A stretch of DNA of 64,000 bases, taken from NCBI GenBank assembly GCA_036172245.1, contig JAYWIR010000022.1, forward strand, positions 1-64,000, read 5' to 3'. The notes beneath the pieces were generated by a model. That model saw only the letters and a list, made by a program, of their open reading frames with translations, was not told where the DNA came from and made no database searches. Source of the DNA: Raillietiella orientalis (taxonomy: Eukaryota). A program made the translations under genes and the position numbers. This document shows positions 20,743 through 33,179 of this stretch, one piece after another. How positions within the stretch are numbered: position 1 is the stretch's first letter; each line of letters opens with the position of its first letter.

Positions 20743-23700
20743 TGCCGGGACTCGCCACCTGCCGTCAAATACGCATCGCCAGCTGGAACGTCAACGGGCT
20801 TTACGATGACGGCAGGAGACGAGACATAGCTGCCACCTTGCAAGCCTTCGACCTCGTGCTGCTGCAGGAGATCCATGAGATTTCCGCAGAACATGCGCGG
20901 GAGATCGAATGGATAGCAGGTGGTCAGCTTATGTGGCGATGCGGCCACCGCCGTACGCGCGGGGTCGCTTTCCTTCTGAAGCCTGCCTTACAACGCGCGG
21001 TGCGGAAAGTTCGTTTCGATGAGGCAGGTCGGGTAGGGCAAATCACCTTCAGGTGGTCCGACTCCATCAATCTTGTCGTCACGAACGTGTACGCGCCGAG
21101 CGGCGGTCACGCGCGCGTGGCACGGACGGCGTTTTTCCGTGCGTTCAAGCGCGACTGGCTGTCGGAGGCAGGCGCGCGCACGGCGCACCTGATAGCCGGC
21201 GATTTTAATATTCGCCTGCTATCAGGTGCGGCGAGGACAGAGGCCACCCCGGTTAACGAGATGTGCGCTGCGGTGCACGCATCCAACTTGTTAGCCGGGG
21301 ATACCGGGATGGAACGCAGCGTGGACCACGTCTTCCTCGACGATCACCTGCGCTGTCGCGTGGGCAGGCGAGGTAAGATACAGTCCGCAGTCTCCGACCA
21401 CTCCCGTGTGGAACTCGTCATTCGCCCGCGCGACAGGGGGCCCCCCGCGCAGGCGTGGCGTCTACCGGGGGACTGGCTGACCAAGCCAGGCGCAGCGGAA
21501 CACCTCCGCGCGTTCTTGCGAGGTTTCAGCCTGCAGACGCTCGACGACTGGGACGATTTGAAAGTCTCGGTGCGAGAGTTCTGCCAACAGTTCCCCATGG
21601 ACCGTCTCCCGAAAGGATTTGGAGAAGGTGTTCGGAACGATAGGGCTTACCTGCAGGCCCGTCGTTACTCCCGAACACCAGACGTCCGAAGACTGGCGGA
21701 ATTTAAAGCCGGGGCCGAGCGGCAGGCCTGGCAATCGGGGTCGCCCAGCCTGCTGGACGACGAAGCCCAAGAGCACTCGGCCCCGGCAGAGGTGAGTAGC
21801 CTAGTGCACGGCTATTATTCTTCCCTGTACACCAGGGTGCCTCCGGACCGGGAATTTTCCCAATTTTTGCTTCCGGACGGTGCCCCGGCGATCGGGGAAG
21901 AAGAGAGAGTACGCCTGGACGAGCCTTTCACGATGGGTGAAATCATCACCGCAATCGGGAAGCTCAAAAGGCGGAAGTCACCGGGGGAAGACGGCCTGCC
22001 CGCGGAGTTTTTTCAGTGCTTCGCGGCGGAGCTGGCTCCCCTGGTGCAGCGGCTAACGCTGCTGATCCGGGAGACAGGAGACGTTCCCGCCTCCTTCCGA
22101 TCGGCACGTATGCGTCTCCTACCGAAAGGAGGAGACTTACAGAACCTCGGCAAATGGCGTCCGATTACCGTACTAAACGCGGACGCCAAGCTGGTTGCGA
22201 AGCTATGGTCGGAGCGAATGGGGCGGATGGCGGAAAGCTTCATCAGCCCGGAGCAGACCTACGCTGTTCCCGGGCGAAGCATGGACGCCAACCTGCTCTT
22301 CGCGAACACCTGGTTCGAACTTCAAAGAACCAGAATGAATGGCAGCCCGATTTGCGGGACGTCCGCTGGTGGTTCGCGGGATAGTCGGGAGAGAGAAGGG
22401 GCCCTCGCGGTCGCTGTCGATTTGCGGAAAGCATTCGACAGTGTCGACCAGGAGCTCCTGCTGGAGCTTCTGGAGCGCTTGGGCTTCCCGGCCTCCTTAT
22501 TGGCCTTTCTGCGCTCTTGCTGGCGCGACGCGCTGAACAACATTTCTTTCAGGGGAAGGAACGTGTTCGGTGTGCCGGTGCGCCGCGGGATACGGCAGGG
22601 TGATAGCTTGAGCCCCTTGCTCTTCAGCACCTACTTCGAGTTGGTGCTGAGGGCATTCAGGGAGACTCTTGGTCGCCTGCCGCGCGTGCCCAGGTACAAC
22701 GGCCTTGGCGGCGTATGCGGACGATCTTCTGCTGCTGCTCCCCATGTCCACCCCGGCGTCGGCGGTCGAAAACTTTTTCGAGCTGCTGCGTCGCGGGACA
22801 GGACTGGAGGTGAACAGAGCAAAGTCGTCCGTTGTTGCAATCGGTTCCTCGTGGGCAGGGCAGCTAGACTGGTCTCGCTTGGGGATCCCCACGGTACGGT
22901 ACCTTAAGTACCTCGGTGTGCCGTTGGGGGACTACTCCCCAGCGGAACAATGGTCTTGCTGCCTCCAAAAGGCCGAGAGAGCGATCGGCCCGTTCCTGGA
23001 TGGCAAGTTCTTCTTGCCGGAACGGGCCGCGCTGTGGAACACTTTCGTGGCCCCCCTGTTTCGCTCCTTGCTTTTTGTTTGTCCCCCACCCCGTGGTGTG
23101 AGAACACGTACAAAGGACCTCCTCAGAATCGCCATCTGGGGCAGAGGAAGGCCCCGCGCGCGTTGGAAGAACTTGTGCGCCCCTCGTCGCGATGGGGGCC
23201 TTGGCCTCCTCACGCTGGAGCGCCTCGAACTGCAGCTGCAGTTCCGAACAATCGCCCTAGTGGCGAAGTTGTGGAGCGCCAGCTGGTGCGAGCCTGCACG
23301 ATGCCTGGTTCAGCGAGTCGGCGGCTGCGCGGGACTGTCTACCTTCCTAGCGCGCCGCAAACGCAGGTACCTGTTCCACTGCGGACTGGCTCTACGGCGA
23401 GTGGCGAAGCTGACCAGGAAGAACACCTGGATCTCCTGCCGGCCCGCGAACGGCACTTCCTGGTTGCAGGAAAGCCTTCGCACGTGGGCCCAGATCGAGG
23501 AAGCGAGCCCGGAGTTGCGGCAGCGAATGCTGCACTCCTATCATAAGAGCCGCTCGCTGCAGGACATCATCGTGCAGCCCGCCTTGAGTGCGTGGGCTGA
23601 GAAGACCTCCCTTGCCACAGCTCTGTCTCACCTCAAAGAACATCTGGGCAGTAGCCAGCCGGCCATGTGGGAGGTCCGGTGTACGATCAGGGACACTGAG

Positions 23701-24291
23701 AAAGAACAAGGTGGTTGGACCACGGGTCAGCTTGCTGATGCCGCGATCCCAAGTTCCCCACCGAGAGGACTGTTGCGCTGGGGCGAGCTGCTGTGCATCC
23801 CGCGGGATGAACTCGAGTGGCCCCCAGTGCTGAGGAATACTCGGGCCCTTCCCCTAAAGTGGCAGGAGTCGGCGTTCCTGGTGTTGCACTGGGGACTCCC
23901 CAGCAACGCCCGCCGCTCTCATTGGACGAGGGGGGTTGTGGACCCAAACTGTGTCAGGTGCGGGGAACGAGAAACTCTCCCGCACCTGCTCGTTGACTGT
24001 GTTGCCCTCCGGCCCCTGTGGTTGCGCTTTGCAACAGCCGTTGGTGTACCCTTGCACGCTCCCAGAGACGTTTTAAAGCGCCTCTTCGTGCGCGACGCCC
24101 TTTCGCCTGCCGCAGCCCTTGCAGCCCTCTGCTGCCTACGAGGGATTGTAGCGGCTTGGAGCACCGCCACTGGTGGACCGAACGATAGGGACATCTTGTG
24201 CTACGCCCTGCGCTTCCTGAGGACGGCAGCCAGATGGACCCATCTGGGACACATGCAGTTTGAACTTGCCGGCATCCTGCAAAGGATGTAG
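20742..24291 (+). CDS. ORF2 APE-RT polyprotein of copy E, with one apparent frameshift near 22685
   Basis: ORF 20742-22907 (APE and RT up to GDSLSP) continues in ORF 22669-24291 (YADD, YLGV, Cys/His motif). Confidence 0.9.
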
Positions 24292-24537
24292 AGGACGTCT
24301 CCAGCGGAACGTGATCCCTTCCCCAACCCCTCCCTGCTTTTGTAAATAGTGTTTTCTTTTTGTTTTTTTCTATTTGTCCCTTTCCCCTCCGCTGCCGAGT
24401 CGACCTTGGGAGCCTGCGTGCTGCCCACTCGGCGAGTTCAGAAGAACATGTTCTGAACACTGTAGGGGCGATAGCCCTACACTTGCTTGTTTATTTTTTA
24501 TTAAAGAAATAAACGCCCCTGCGCAGCCGGGTGTAAA

Positions 24538-24549
24538 AGCAGTGCCGAC
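24538..24549. repeat. Right target-site duplication of copy E
   Basis: AGCAGTGCCGAC; removing copy E restores the host ORF2 reading KWQQSALLVLHWG. Confidence 0.9.
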
Positions 24550-26796
24550 TGTTGCCACTTCATGGGGAGGGTGCGCGAGTCCATGAGCAGTGGGGGCCAC
24601 TCGAGATGTTCCTCTGCAACATCCAGTAGCTCTCACAAGCGCAACAGTCCATTTGGGGTGGTCCTCGGGATCGCAGCGTTGGTGAGCTGACCCGTTCTCC
24701 AATCCCCGATCTTCTTTGCCCTTCTGGCGATCTTGACAGTAACCTCCCATTGTGCCGCGACGTCGCTGCCCAGATGTTCCCGTAGGGTAGGCAGTACCGC
24801 AGCAAGGGAGGTTCTTTGCGCCCACGCTCTCCTTCGGGGATCCTCGATGATTTCTCGGAGCGTGCGGTGGGCATGCGGCCCGAACAAAGCTATTCGCTCG
24901 TGTTGCGGGCTCTGCTCCTGAATCATCGCCCACGCGCGCACGGTTTCCTGCAGCCAGGCAGGACCGTTCGCGGGGCGTACGAGGATCCGCGCCGAGTTGT
25001 TCTTGACGAGCTTCGCCGCCCTCCGAAGTTGAAGTCCGCAGTGGCAGATGGGGCTTCGGAGTGCAAAGTAGGACGAGAGTCCCGCATTGCCGGTGGCCCG
25101 CTCGACGAGGAGACGTGCAGGGAGGCACCAAGGGGTGCACCAATTTTCTGCCATAAAGGCAACAACTCGGAACTGGAGCTGTAGCTCCAGCCGCTCCAAC
25201 GTCAGGAGGCCCAGACCACCATCCCGACGAGGAGCGCACAAGTCCGAAAGACGGACTCGGGGCCTCCCTCTGCCCCGAAGGGCGATCCTCAGGAGGTCCT
25301 TCGTCCTCTTCTTTGACTCCGCTGAGGGGGGGCAAACAAAAAGCAAGGGGCGAAGGAGGGGTGCCGCAAACGCGTTCCACGCCGTAGCCCGTTCCTGCAA
25401 GTAGAACCTGCCGTCCTGGAACGGGCCGATCGCCGCCTGAGCCTTCTGAAGGCAGCCGGACCACGCTTCCGCAGGGGAGTAGTCCCCCAACGGCACACCA
25501 ACGTACTTCAAGTACCTCACCGTGGAGATCCCCAAACGGACCCAGTCCTGCTGCCCTGCCCACGCCGCTCCGACTGGCATTACGGACGACTTCGCCCTGT
25601 TCACCGTCAGTCCTGTTCCACGACTCAGCAGGTCGAAGAAGTCCTCGACCGCCGAGGCCGGGGTGTACATAGGCAGCAGCAGCAGAAGATCGTCCGCGTA
25701 CACCGAAACCGCAGGCGTACCGGGACAATCGCACGGCAGGTGTGCCAGAGTCTCCCTGTACGCTCTCAGCACCAATTCGAAATAGGCGCTGAAGAGCAAG
25801 GGGCTGAGGCTGTCTCCCTGCCGTATGCCGCGTCGCACCGGTACGCCGTACACGGTGGATCCACTAAGAAAAACGTTAATAAGCGCGTCGCGCCAGCTGG
25901 AGCGCATGTAGGCCAGCAAAGAGGCCGGGAAACCCAAGCGTTCCAGAAGCTCCAAAAGGAGATTCTGGTCGACGCAATCGAATGCTTTATGCAAATCGAC
26001 TGCGACTGCGAGAGCTCCTCTCCCCTCCCGACCATTTCGTCCCCCACCGACGGACGCACCGGAATTCCGGTTGCTTATTATGCTCCTTCCTTGTTGGAGC
26101 TCTAACCATGTGGAAGCGTGGAACAGGTTCGCCTCCATGCTTCGCCCCGGAACAGCATACGTCTGTTCCGGGCTGAAGGCGTTTGCAACCCGTCCCAAGC
26201 GCTCAGCCCAAACCTTAGCTATCAACTTGGCATCCGCATTCACTATAGTGATGGGACGCCAGTTGTTCATGCTCCTCAGATCTCCTCCCTTAGGGAGGAG
26301 CCGCACCTTTGCTGAACGAAACGAGGTGGGAACGTCACCTGTTTCGCGGATCAGCAAGGTGAGCTGATGTACCAGGGGAGTAAGCTCTGCCGCGAAAGTT
26401 TGATAAAACTCCGCAGGCAAGCCGTCCTCCCCTGGAGCCTTTCGCCTCTTGAGCTTTCCGATGGCCGAGAGGATCTCGCCCATCGTGAAAGGCTCGTCGA
26501 GGTTCCTTTTCTCCTCCTCCCCAATTGCTGGAGCACCTTCCGGAAGCAGGAGTCGTGAGACAGCCTGCTCCGGAGGCGCCCTGGCGTACAGGAAGGAGTA
26601 AAATTTCCTCACTATCCCGCGTTTCTGAGCGGGAACCGAGTGCTCCCGGCCCTGGTCGTCCAGCAAACTGGCCGACCCGGATTGCCAGGCTTGCCTCTCG
26701 GCTCCCGCTCGAAACTCTGCTAACCTGCGCATGTCGGGGGTTCTCGCGTAACGTTGGGCCTGAAGATAGCATCTTTCGTTACGCGGCCCCTCCCCA
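24538..26796 (-). mobile_element. RT-containing middle part of Tx1-like copy F
   Basis: 699-aa ORF 26732-24633 with WRPITIVN, DLHKAFD, GIRQGDSLSP, YADD. Confidence 0.9.
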
Positions 26797-29700
26797 ACTC
26801 CCTCTCCTCGAGAGCGGACGTGTTGTTCCGGCGCTCCGCCAACGAGCAGCGGAAAGCGGTTTTTTTGGGTTCAGTGTGTGCTTTTTCACATCGTTGGTGT
26901 CCGATGGCATCGCTGCCAGAGGACACCACGATGGAGGTAGGCGTGAGCGAGGCTAGCCCCCCCCACGACCTACAGAATCAGGGGCATCCGCCCCGGAATC
27001 GCCCTTGTCGCCCAAGACGAGGAGCTGGAGCGCCATGGTCGCCGCGCCGAGCGCGGAAACCTTGGCTGAGCAAGCGGCCTACAGGGCCTCCGGATATAAA
27101 CCATCCCTGGTTTATAAGGTAGGAAACCTCTTCGACGGTCGCACCGCGCGTGCCTTTAGCAAGGCACTACAGGAATTCCCCGTGCGTGAGGAGGATCTTG
27201 ACGGCCTCGCCGTACTCAGCGGGGGGCAACGCCTGGAGGTCGTCTGCAAAGACGTAGCCCTAGCGCAGCGCCTCATCAACACCCCGCTGAATGTGGCTGG
27301 CCGAAAGATCCTACCCGTTAGCATGGACCGCTCCGTAGTGGTCCATCAAACGGGGATCACGAACCGCATGACGCGCTCTGCGGTGAAAGCGGAATTGAGG
27401 AAATACGGAGATGTGCACGCGCTGTGGCCAAAGCCAACCATTTTTGACGGCTATAACAGCCTCTTTGGTGGCCAGGCAGCAGCGCGTGTCACTGTGAACG
27501 AGGGTGCTGGGTTACCCCACAAACTGGAGATCAAGAAGGAGCCCGTCGACCTCTGGTACGTGGGGAAACCCCGCTATTGTGGCTACTGCGATACAGTAGG
27601 GCATGTGCGCAGGCGGTGCCCGAATATCGAGTGCCACTTGTGCGGGGAAAAGGGACACGTCCGTCGTGTGTGCCCTAAACGCCCCACCCCGGTGCCACCT
27701 GCTGCCAAAAAGGCACAGGCGAAAAAGATGAATAAGGTCGAAAGACCTCATCGCGAGAATGGCCGGCCCCAGCAGCCTTCTCCTCCTCCTCCAACCGAGG
27801 CGGCGGCGGAAAAAACCGCGAAAGACGCGGGCGAGGAAGAAGGATGGACCCTGGTAAAGGCCAGAAAAGAACCCAAAAAGGGTTCACAAGAGAAGGCGGA
27901 GAAAAAGACGGTCGCGAAGGCGGAAAAACCTGTCCCGCGATCTAAAACTCTCCGCGAGTGCTCGGTAGCACTGGAGCGCATCAGCGTTCCCGAGGCTGCC
28001 ACTCGGGGCGACGAGCCTCCCTTCGCCGTTTCCGCCGCGCCCGAGGTTCGCTACGGCGAACCCTCTGTTTGCACAGAGGGTGAGACGCGCGACGCGCTCG
28101 CCGCCGGCGAGGACGCCGCCTCCGCGAAGGCGGCGGAGGAGCTCGCGGCCACGCTGGCTGAGCGTGAGAACCCCTCGCGCAAGGCCGTGCGAAGGCCGGC
28201 TCCAGTAAAGAAGGCCCCCGCAGGTGAGTTAGAACTGGGGGCCGGAAGTACATCCTCCTCCTCGGAGGCACCCCCCGGAAGACGGGACGCAAGTCCCAAA
28301 AGCCGAGGAAGCGCCTCCCCTCCACGAGCGAGGAGAAGCAGGAAGTCGCCGGCAGCGTGGGAATCCCGGAGGGGGAGCTCCCACGCGCGGAAGCCGTCGA
28401 GCAGGACACCCCCATGGAGGAGGGTGAGCAGGGGGGCGAAATCCTCCCTGCCGTCGCGAATCCTGAAGACCCCACCCTATGGAGGAGGGCCAGCAGGTAG
28501 GCGCGACCCCACCTGAGGGTGAACCGCCCGACGCGCCGTCGCCGATGGAAGAGGGTGGCCAGGTGCTAGAGGCACCTGTCCCTCCTCCTCCACCTAGCGT
28601 CCCGCCCCAACAGGTGGCGGACGCCGCACAGCCGATTTCCCAGGAATAACACCTGGGCTCGCCTGTCGCCGTCGAATCCGCGTGGCCAGTTGGAACGTCA
28701 ACGGGCTGCGCGACGACGGCAACAGACGAGATACGGCCGACACCCTGCGTGACTTCGACCTGGCCCTGCTGCAGGAGATCCACGTGATCACCTCGGCAGA
28801 CGTCCAGGAGATCGAGGCGATCGCGGGGGGTCGACTGTATTGGCGATGCGGCGCCCGCAACACCTGCGGGGTCGCGTTCTTCGTCAAGCCGGCCATCGAC
28901 GCTGCCGTGAAGGGCGTACGCTTTGATGACGACGGTCGGGTCGGTCAGCTGATTCTCAGCTGGTCCGACTCGATCGAATTGATCGTCACGAACGTGTACG
29001 CCCCGAGCGGAAAAGGGGGATACAGCGACCGTACCAGGCTGCTGGAAACCCTGAAGCGCGATTGGCTGGCCGACACGAATGTGCGGAAGGCACACCTGAT
29101 AGCTGGAGACTTCAATCTCCGTCTGCTGTCAGGTGAGCCCGAAGCACAAGAACGCACGGCCAACGAGTTGTGCGCTGCCATGCGCACGCGCAACTTGTTG
29201 GCAGACGCGGAGGGAATGGACCGCAGCATCGACCACTTCTTCCTGGATGTCGACCTGTGCTCGCGGGTCGGCAAACGGGGAAAAGTTGCGTCGACGCTGT
29301 CGGACCATTCCAGGATCATCGCCGAGGTTTGCCCGCGCGACAAAGGACCCCCGTCCAGGGCGTGGCGGCTGCCTGGGGACTGGACGCGGCTCTCAGGTGC
29401 GAAAGAACACCTTCGCGAATTCCTGAGAGGCGTCACCCTCCGCAGTCTCCAAGACTGGGACCTCTTCAAGGCCTCGGTCCGCGAGTTCTGCGAGGAGTTT
29501 CCCCTGCACCGCCTGCCCCCCGGATTCGGGGAGGGGGCTCGGAACCATCGGGCTTATCTACAGGCCCGCCGGTACGAGAGGACCCCGAATGTCCGTCGCC
29601 TCGCGGAATATCGAGCCGGGGCCGAACGCCAAGCCTGGCAATCCGGGTCGGCCAGCTTGCTGGACGACCAGGGCCGGGAGCGATCCGCCCCACCCGCGAT

Positions 29701-32327
29701 CAGGCACCTCGTGCGACGTTATTACTCCTCCCTCTACGCTAGGGCACCCCCAGAGCGGAACGCCTCGCGGCTCCTGCTCCCGGATGGAGCCCCGGCAATA
29801 GGGGAGGAGGAGATCAGCCTCGACGAGCCTTTTTCTACCGGTGAAATTCTCGCCGGTATTAAAAGGCTCAAGAGGCGAAAGGCGCCAGGGGAGGACGGCC
29901 TGCCTGCGGAATTCTTTCAATGTTTCGCGGCAGAGCTGGCACCCCTGGTGCTTCAGTTGACCGGGCTGATCCGAGACGAAGGCGACGTTCCCGCCTCGTT
30001 TCGGTCAGCCCGTGTGAGGCTCCTCCCGAAGGGAGGAGACCTGAGATCCTTGGGCAATTGGCGTCCGATCACAATCGTGAATACGGACGCCAAGCTGATC
30101 GCTGGACTGTGGGCTTCGCGTCTAGGACAGGTGGCAGACTCCATAATTAGCCCGGAGCAGACGTACGCTGTTCCCGGGCGAAGTATGGATGCCAACCTGT
30201 TCTTCGCGAGCACATGGTTCCATGTGCAGCGCTGCCTGAACGACACAGGGGGAAAGATTGGCAACCCCACTTTGGGACCGCCAGCTGGGCTGGGAATGGA
30301 TACCCGGGCTGGGAAGGGAGCCCTAGCGATCGCGGTCGATCTCCACAAGGCGTTCGACTGCGTAGACCAGGAGCTACTGTTGGAGCTCCTGGGTCGCATG
30401 GGCTTCCAACCCTCCCTTCTCTCCTACCTGCGCTCATGCTCGCGCAATGCCATTGTCAACATCGTCTTTTCCAGCCAACAGGTGTACGGCGTGCCGGTGC
30501 GGCGGGGCATACGGCAGGGCGATAGCATCAGTCCCCTGCTCTTCAGCACCTACTTTGAGTTGGTGCTGAGAGCGTACAGGGTGACTTTGGCTGCCCTGCC
30601 CAGCTCGTGCCCCGGCACGCCCGCCGTTGCAGCATACGCCGACGATCTTCTGCTCATGTTGCCCATGTCCGCCCCGGCAGCCGCAGTCGAGGATTTCTTC
30701 GACCTGCTAAGTCGTGGGACTGGACTGCGGGTAAACAAGGCAAAGTCGTCGGTCGTACCGGTGGGTGCGACGTGGGTCGGACGGCCTGACTGGATCCGCT
30801 TGGGGATCCCCACGGCCAGGTACCTGAAGTACCTGGGTGTCGCGTTGGGGGACTTCTGCCTCGCAGAAGCCTGGTCAGGTCGTCTCCAGAAGGTAGAGTT
30901 GGCAATCGGCCCGTTCCTGGAAGGCAAGTTCCTTCTGCCGGAACGGGCCGCGGTGTGGAACGCCTTCGCGGCTCCCATCCTCCGCCCCCTGCTTTTTGTG
31001 TGCCCCGTCCCCCGTGACATTAAAAAGAGGACAAAAGACCTACTCCGCATCGCCCTCTTGGGCAGCGGGAGGCCACGTGTGCCTCTGGATGATTTATGCG
31101 CTCCTCGTCGGGACGGCGGTCTCGGCCTCCTGACGCTGGAGCGCCTGGAAATACAGCTGCGATGGCGCACCCTCGCCATCGCAGCAAAGTCATGGAGCAC
31201 CCCTTGGTGCGTTCCGGCCCGAATCCTCGCCAGCCGTGTGTCCAGGACGCAAGGACTCGCGTCGTACCTTCTGTGCTCCGGCAGGAAGGTGAGAAGATGC
31301 GGCCTTCTTCTTGGGCGCATGGAAGCCCTGGTCAGAGACAACGGCTGGACGGTATGCAGCCCCGCCAACTCCTCCGCCTGGCTGGAGGAATCAGTTGCGA
31401 CTGGGCCAAGCTGAACCTCCAGCCTTCCCCGGAATGGAACCGCCTGCGATTCGGCCCCAACGCCTGCTGAACACTGAGGACTACTATGGAGTGTCCCCCC
31501 AGTAGCACGTGGGCGGAGACTACCCCTCTAGCTTCGACCCTGCCCTTCCTTCGATGGGCTTTAACCAGCGGCCGTACGCCAAAGTGGCAAGTCTCCTGCC
31601 GAATCGCAGGCAAGGAAAAGAAGATGAGCGGTTGGACCATGGGAGAACTGGCAGATGCCACGATCCCGAGTGCCCTCCCGAGTGGACTTCGTAGATGGGG
31701 CGAGCTGCTCGGCATCCCGACGGATAACCTGAAGTGGCCCCCAATATTAATGGGATATAGGCTTCTCCCCCTGAAGTGGCAAGAATCGGCGCTGCTGCTG
31801 TTGCACTGGGGTCTACCCTGCAACGCGCGCCGCTTCCACTGGACGCGGGGAAGTGTAAGGCCTGAGTGTGGCAGGAGTGGGCAGCGGGAATCGCTCACCC
31901 ACCTTCTTGTTGACTGTGCTGCCCTCCGACCCCTGTGGGAACGGTTTGGGACGACCCTAGGGCTCCCTACGGGCAGCGCGCCCAGTAACGTTTTCCGCCT
32001 CCTCTTCGTGCGGGGCGCCCTGCAGCCAGCCGCAGCCGTGGCAGCATTATGCTGCACCCGTGGCATCCTGGCGGCGTGGAGTGATACACGCGACGAAGAT
32101 GTGGACCAGAACGAAAGGGACGTCATACCGTATGCTGTTCGCTTCCTGACGAGAGCTTCTGGATGGCCCCAGCTGGGTACAATTCGGATGGACTTAAAGA
32201 GCTTCCTTCGAAGGATGGGCTCTCCTCCCAGTGCAGAGTGATCCCTTCCCAGCCCACCAACTTCTTTTTGTTTTCCTTACTTTTTATTTTTCTTTTTGTT
32301 TTCTCCCCCATCCCTTCCACTGCCGAG
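26797..32327 (+). mobile_element. Near-full-length Tx1-like element (copy H) with truncated 3' UTR
   Basis: 5' motif 26814-26823; frameshifted ORF1 26904-28649; ORF2 28682-31414 plus 31486-32241. Confidence 0.9.
28649..32241 (+). pseudogene. ORF2 of copy H; APE-RT open for 910 codons, disrupted near 31400-31470, no AUG at the homologous start
   Basis: All APE and RT motifs present; ACA occupies the position of ATG in other copies. Confidence 0.85.
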
Positions 32328-32818
32328 GCTGCGTCCGTTAGCTCCCAAGTCGTCCACGCCTTTAATGGTTTTCTCCTGCCTCGGATGAGGCACGACACTT
32401 CCCACGATGCCCGCTCGTTGCTGCTCCTAATGTTTTTCAGGGAGGACAGAACGGGGGCAAGGGGGGTAAAAGAAGCCCACAGAAACTTCCGGGGCGTGTT
32501 GATAATCTCCTGCAGCCCTATCGAGCGTACGGTCCTCGACGTAGGCAGTTGTATTCCGCCTCGCTCGTGCCGTTGACCTTAGCCCACGCGGAGACTGACT
32601 CCTGAAGCCAGGCAGTGCAGTTCGCGGGGAGGCAGGAGATCCATATATTCTCCCTCATGAGGGCGACCTTCTGGCGCAGATGGAAGCCAGACTTGTTGCA
32701 GAGGCTGCGCTGGTAGGCCACGAGGATCGAGGACAATCCTTCGCAGTCGGTCGCTCTTCTGGCGAGGAGCCGAGTCGGTACGCGCCATGGCGTCATCCAT
32801 AAGTTAGCCGCTAGGGCT
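32328..32818 (-). mobile_element. Inverted ORF2 C-terminal fragment (copy K)
   Basis: TPWRVPTRLLARR...WISCLPANCTAWLQES...WTTWELTDAA, homologous to the post-RT region. Confidence 0.8.
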
Positions 32819-32819
32819 A

Positions 32820-33178
32820 GCTTCCGAAATGTAATTTGAGAGGGACGTCATCCAGCACGCAGTACACTTCTTGCGGAGAGCTGCCCGATGGCCCCATCTG
32901 GGAAGTATGCGGACAGACCTCGAGGGCTTCCTTCGACGGATGGGCCCTCCTCACAGCGTCCGGTGATCCCTTCGCTGCCCTCCAAACTCTTTTTGTTTGT
33001 TTATCTCTTTTATTTTTCCTTTTGTTTTTCCCCCATCCCCTATCGCTTTCGGGGAGTGCAACGCCGGGCTGCGTCCCGGTGTCCCGACAGGTACCGTGTC
33101 TAAGGCCGCAGTGGGTCCTTATACCACGAATTATAGAGTTTTTTCGAATAAACGCACCGGGCGTACCCGGGTGGCAAC
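32820..33178 (+). mobile_element. 3'-terminal fragment of a Tx1-like element (copy L)
   Basis: Similar to 11220-11543; terminal motif 33147-33173. Confidence 0.85.
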
Positions 33179-33179
33179 G

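Larger units (their letters stand above)
19066..24537 (+). mobile_element. Full-length Tx1-like non-LTR retrotransposon (copy E, ~5.47 kb) with a 12-bp TSD, inserted antisense into copy F
   Basis: AGCAGTGCCGAC at 19054-19065 and 24538-24549; 5' motif, ORF1, ORF2, 3' UTR and terminal motif all present. Confidence 0.95.
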
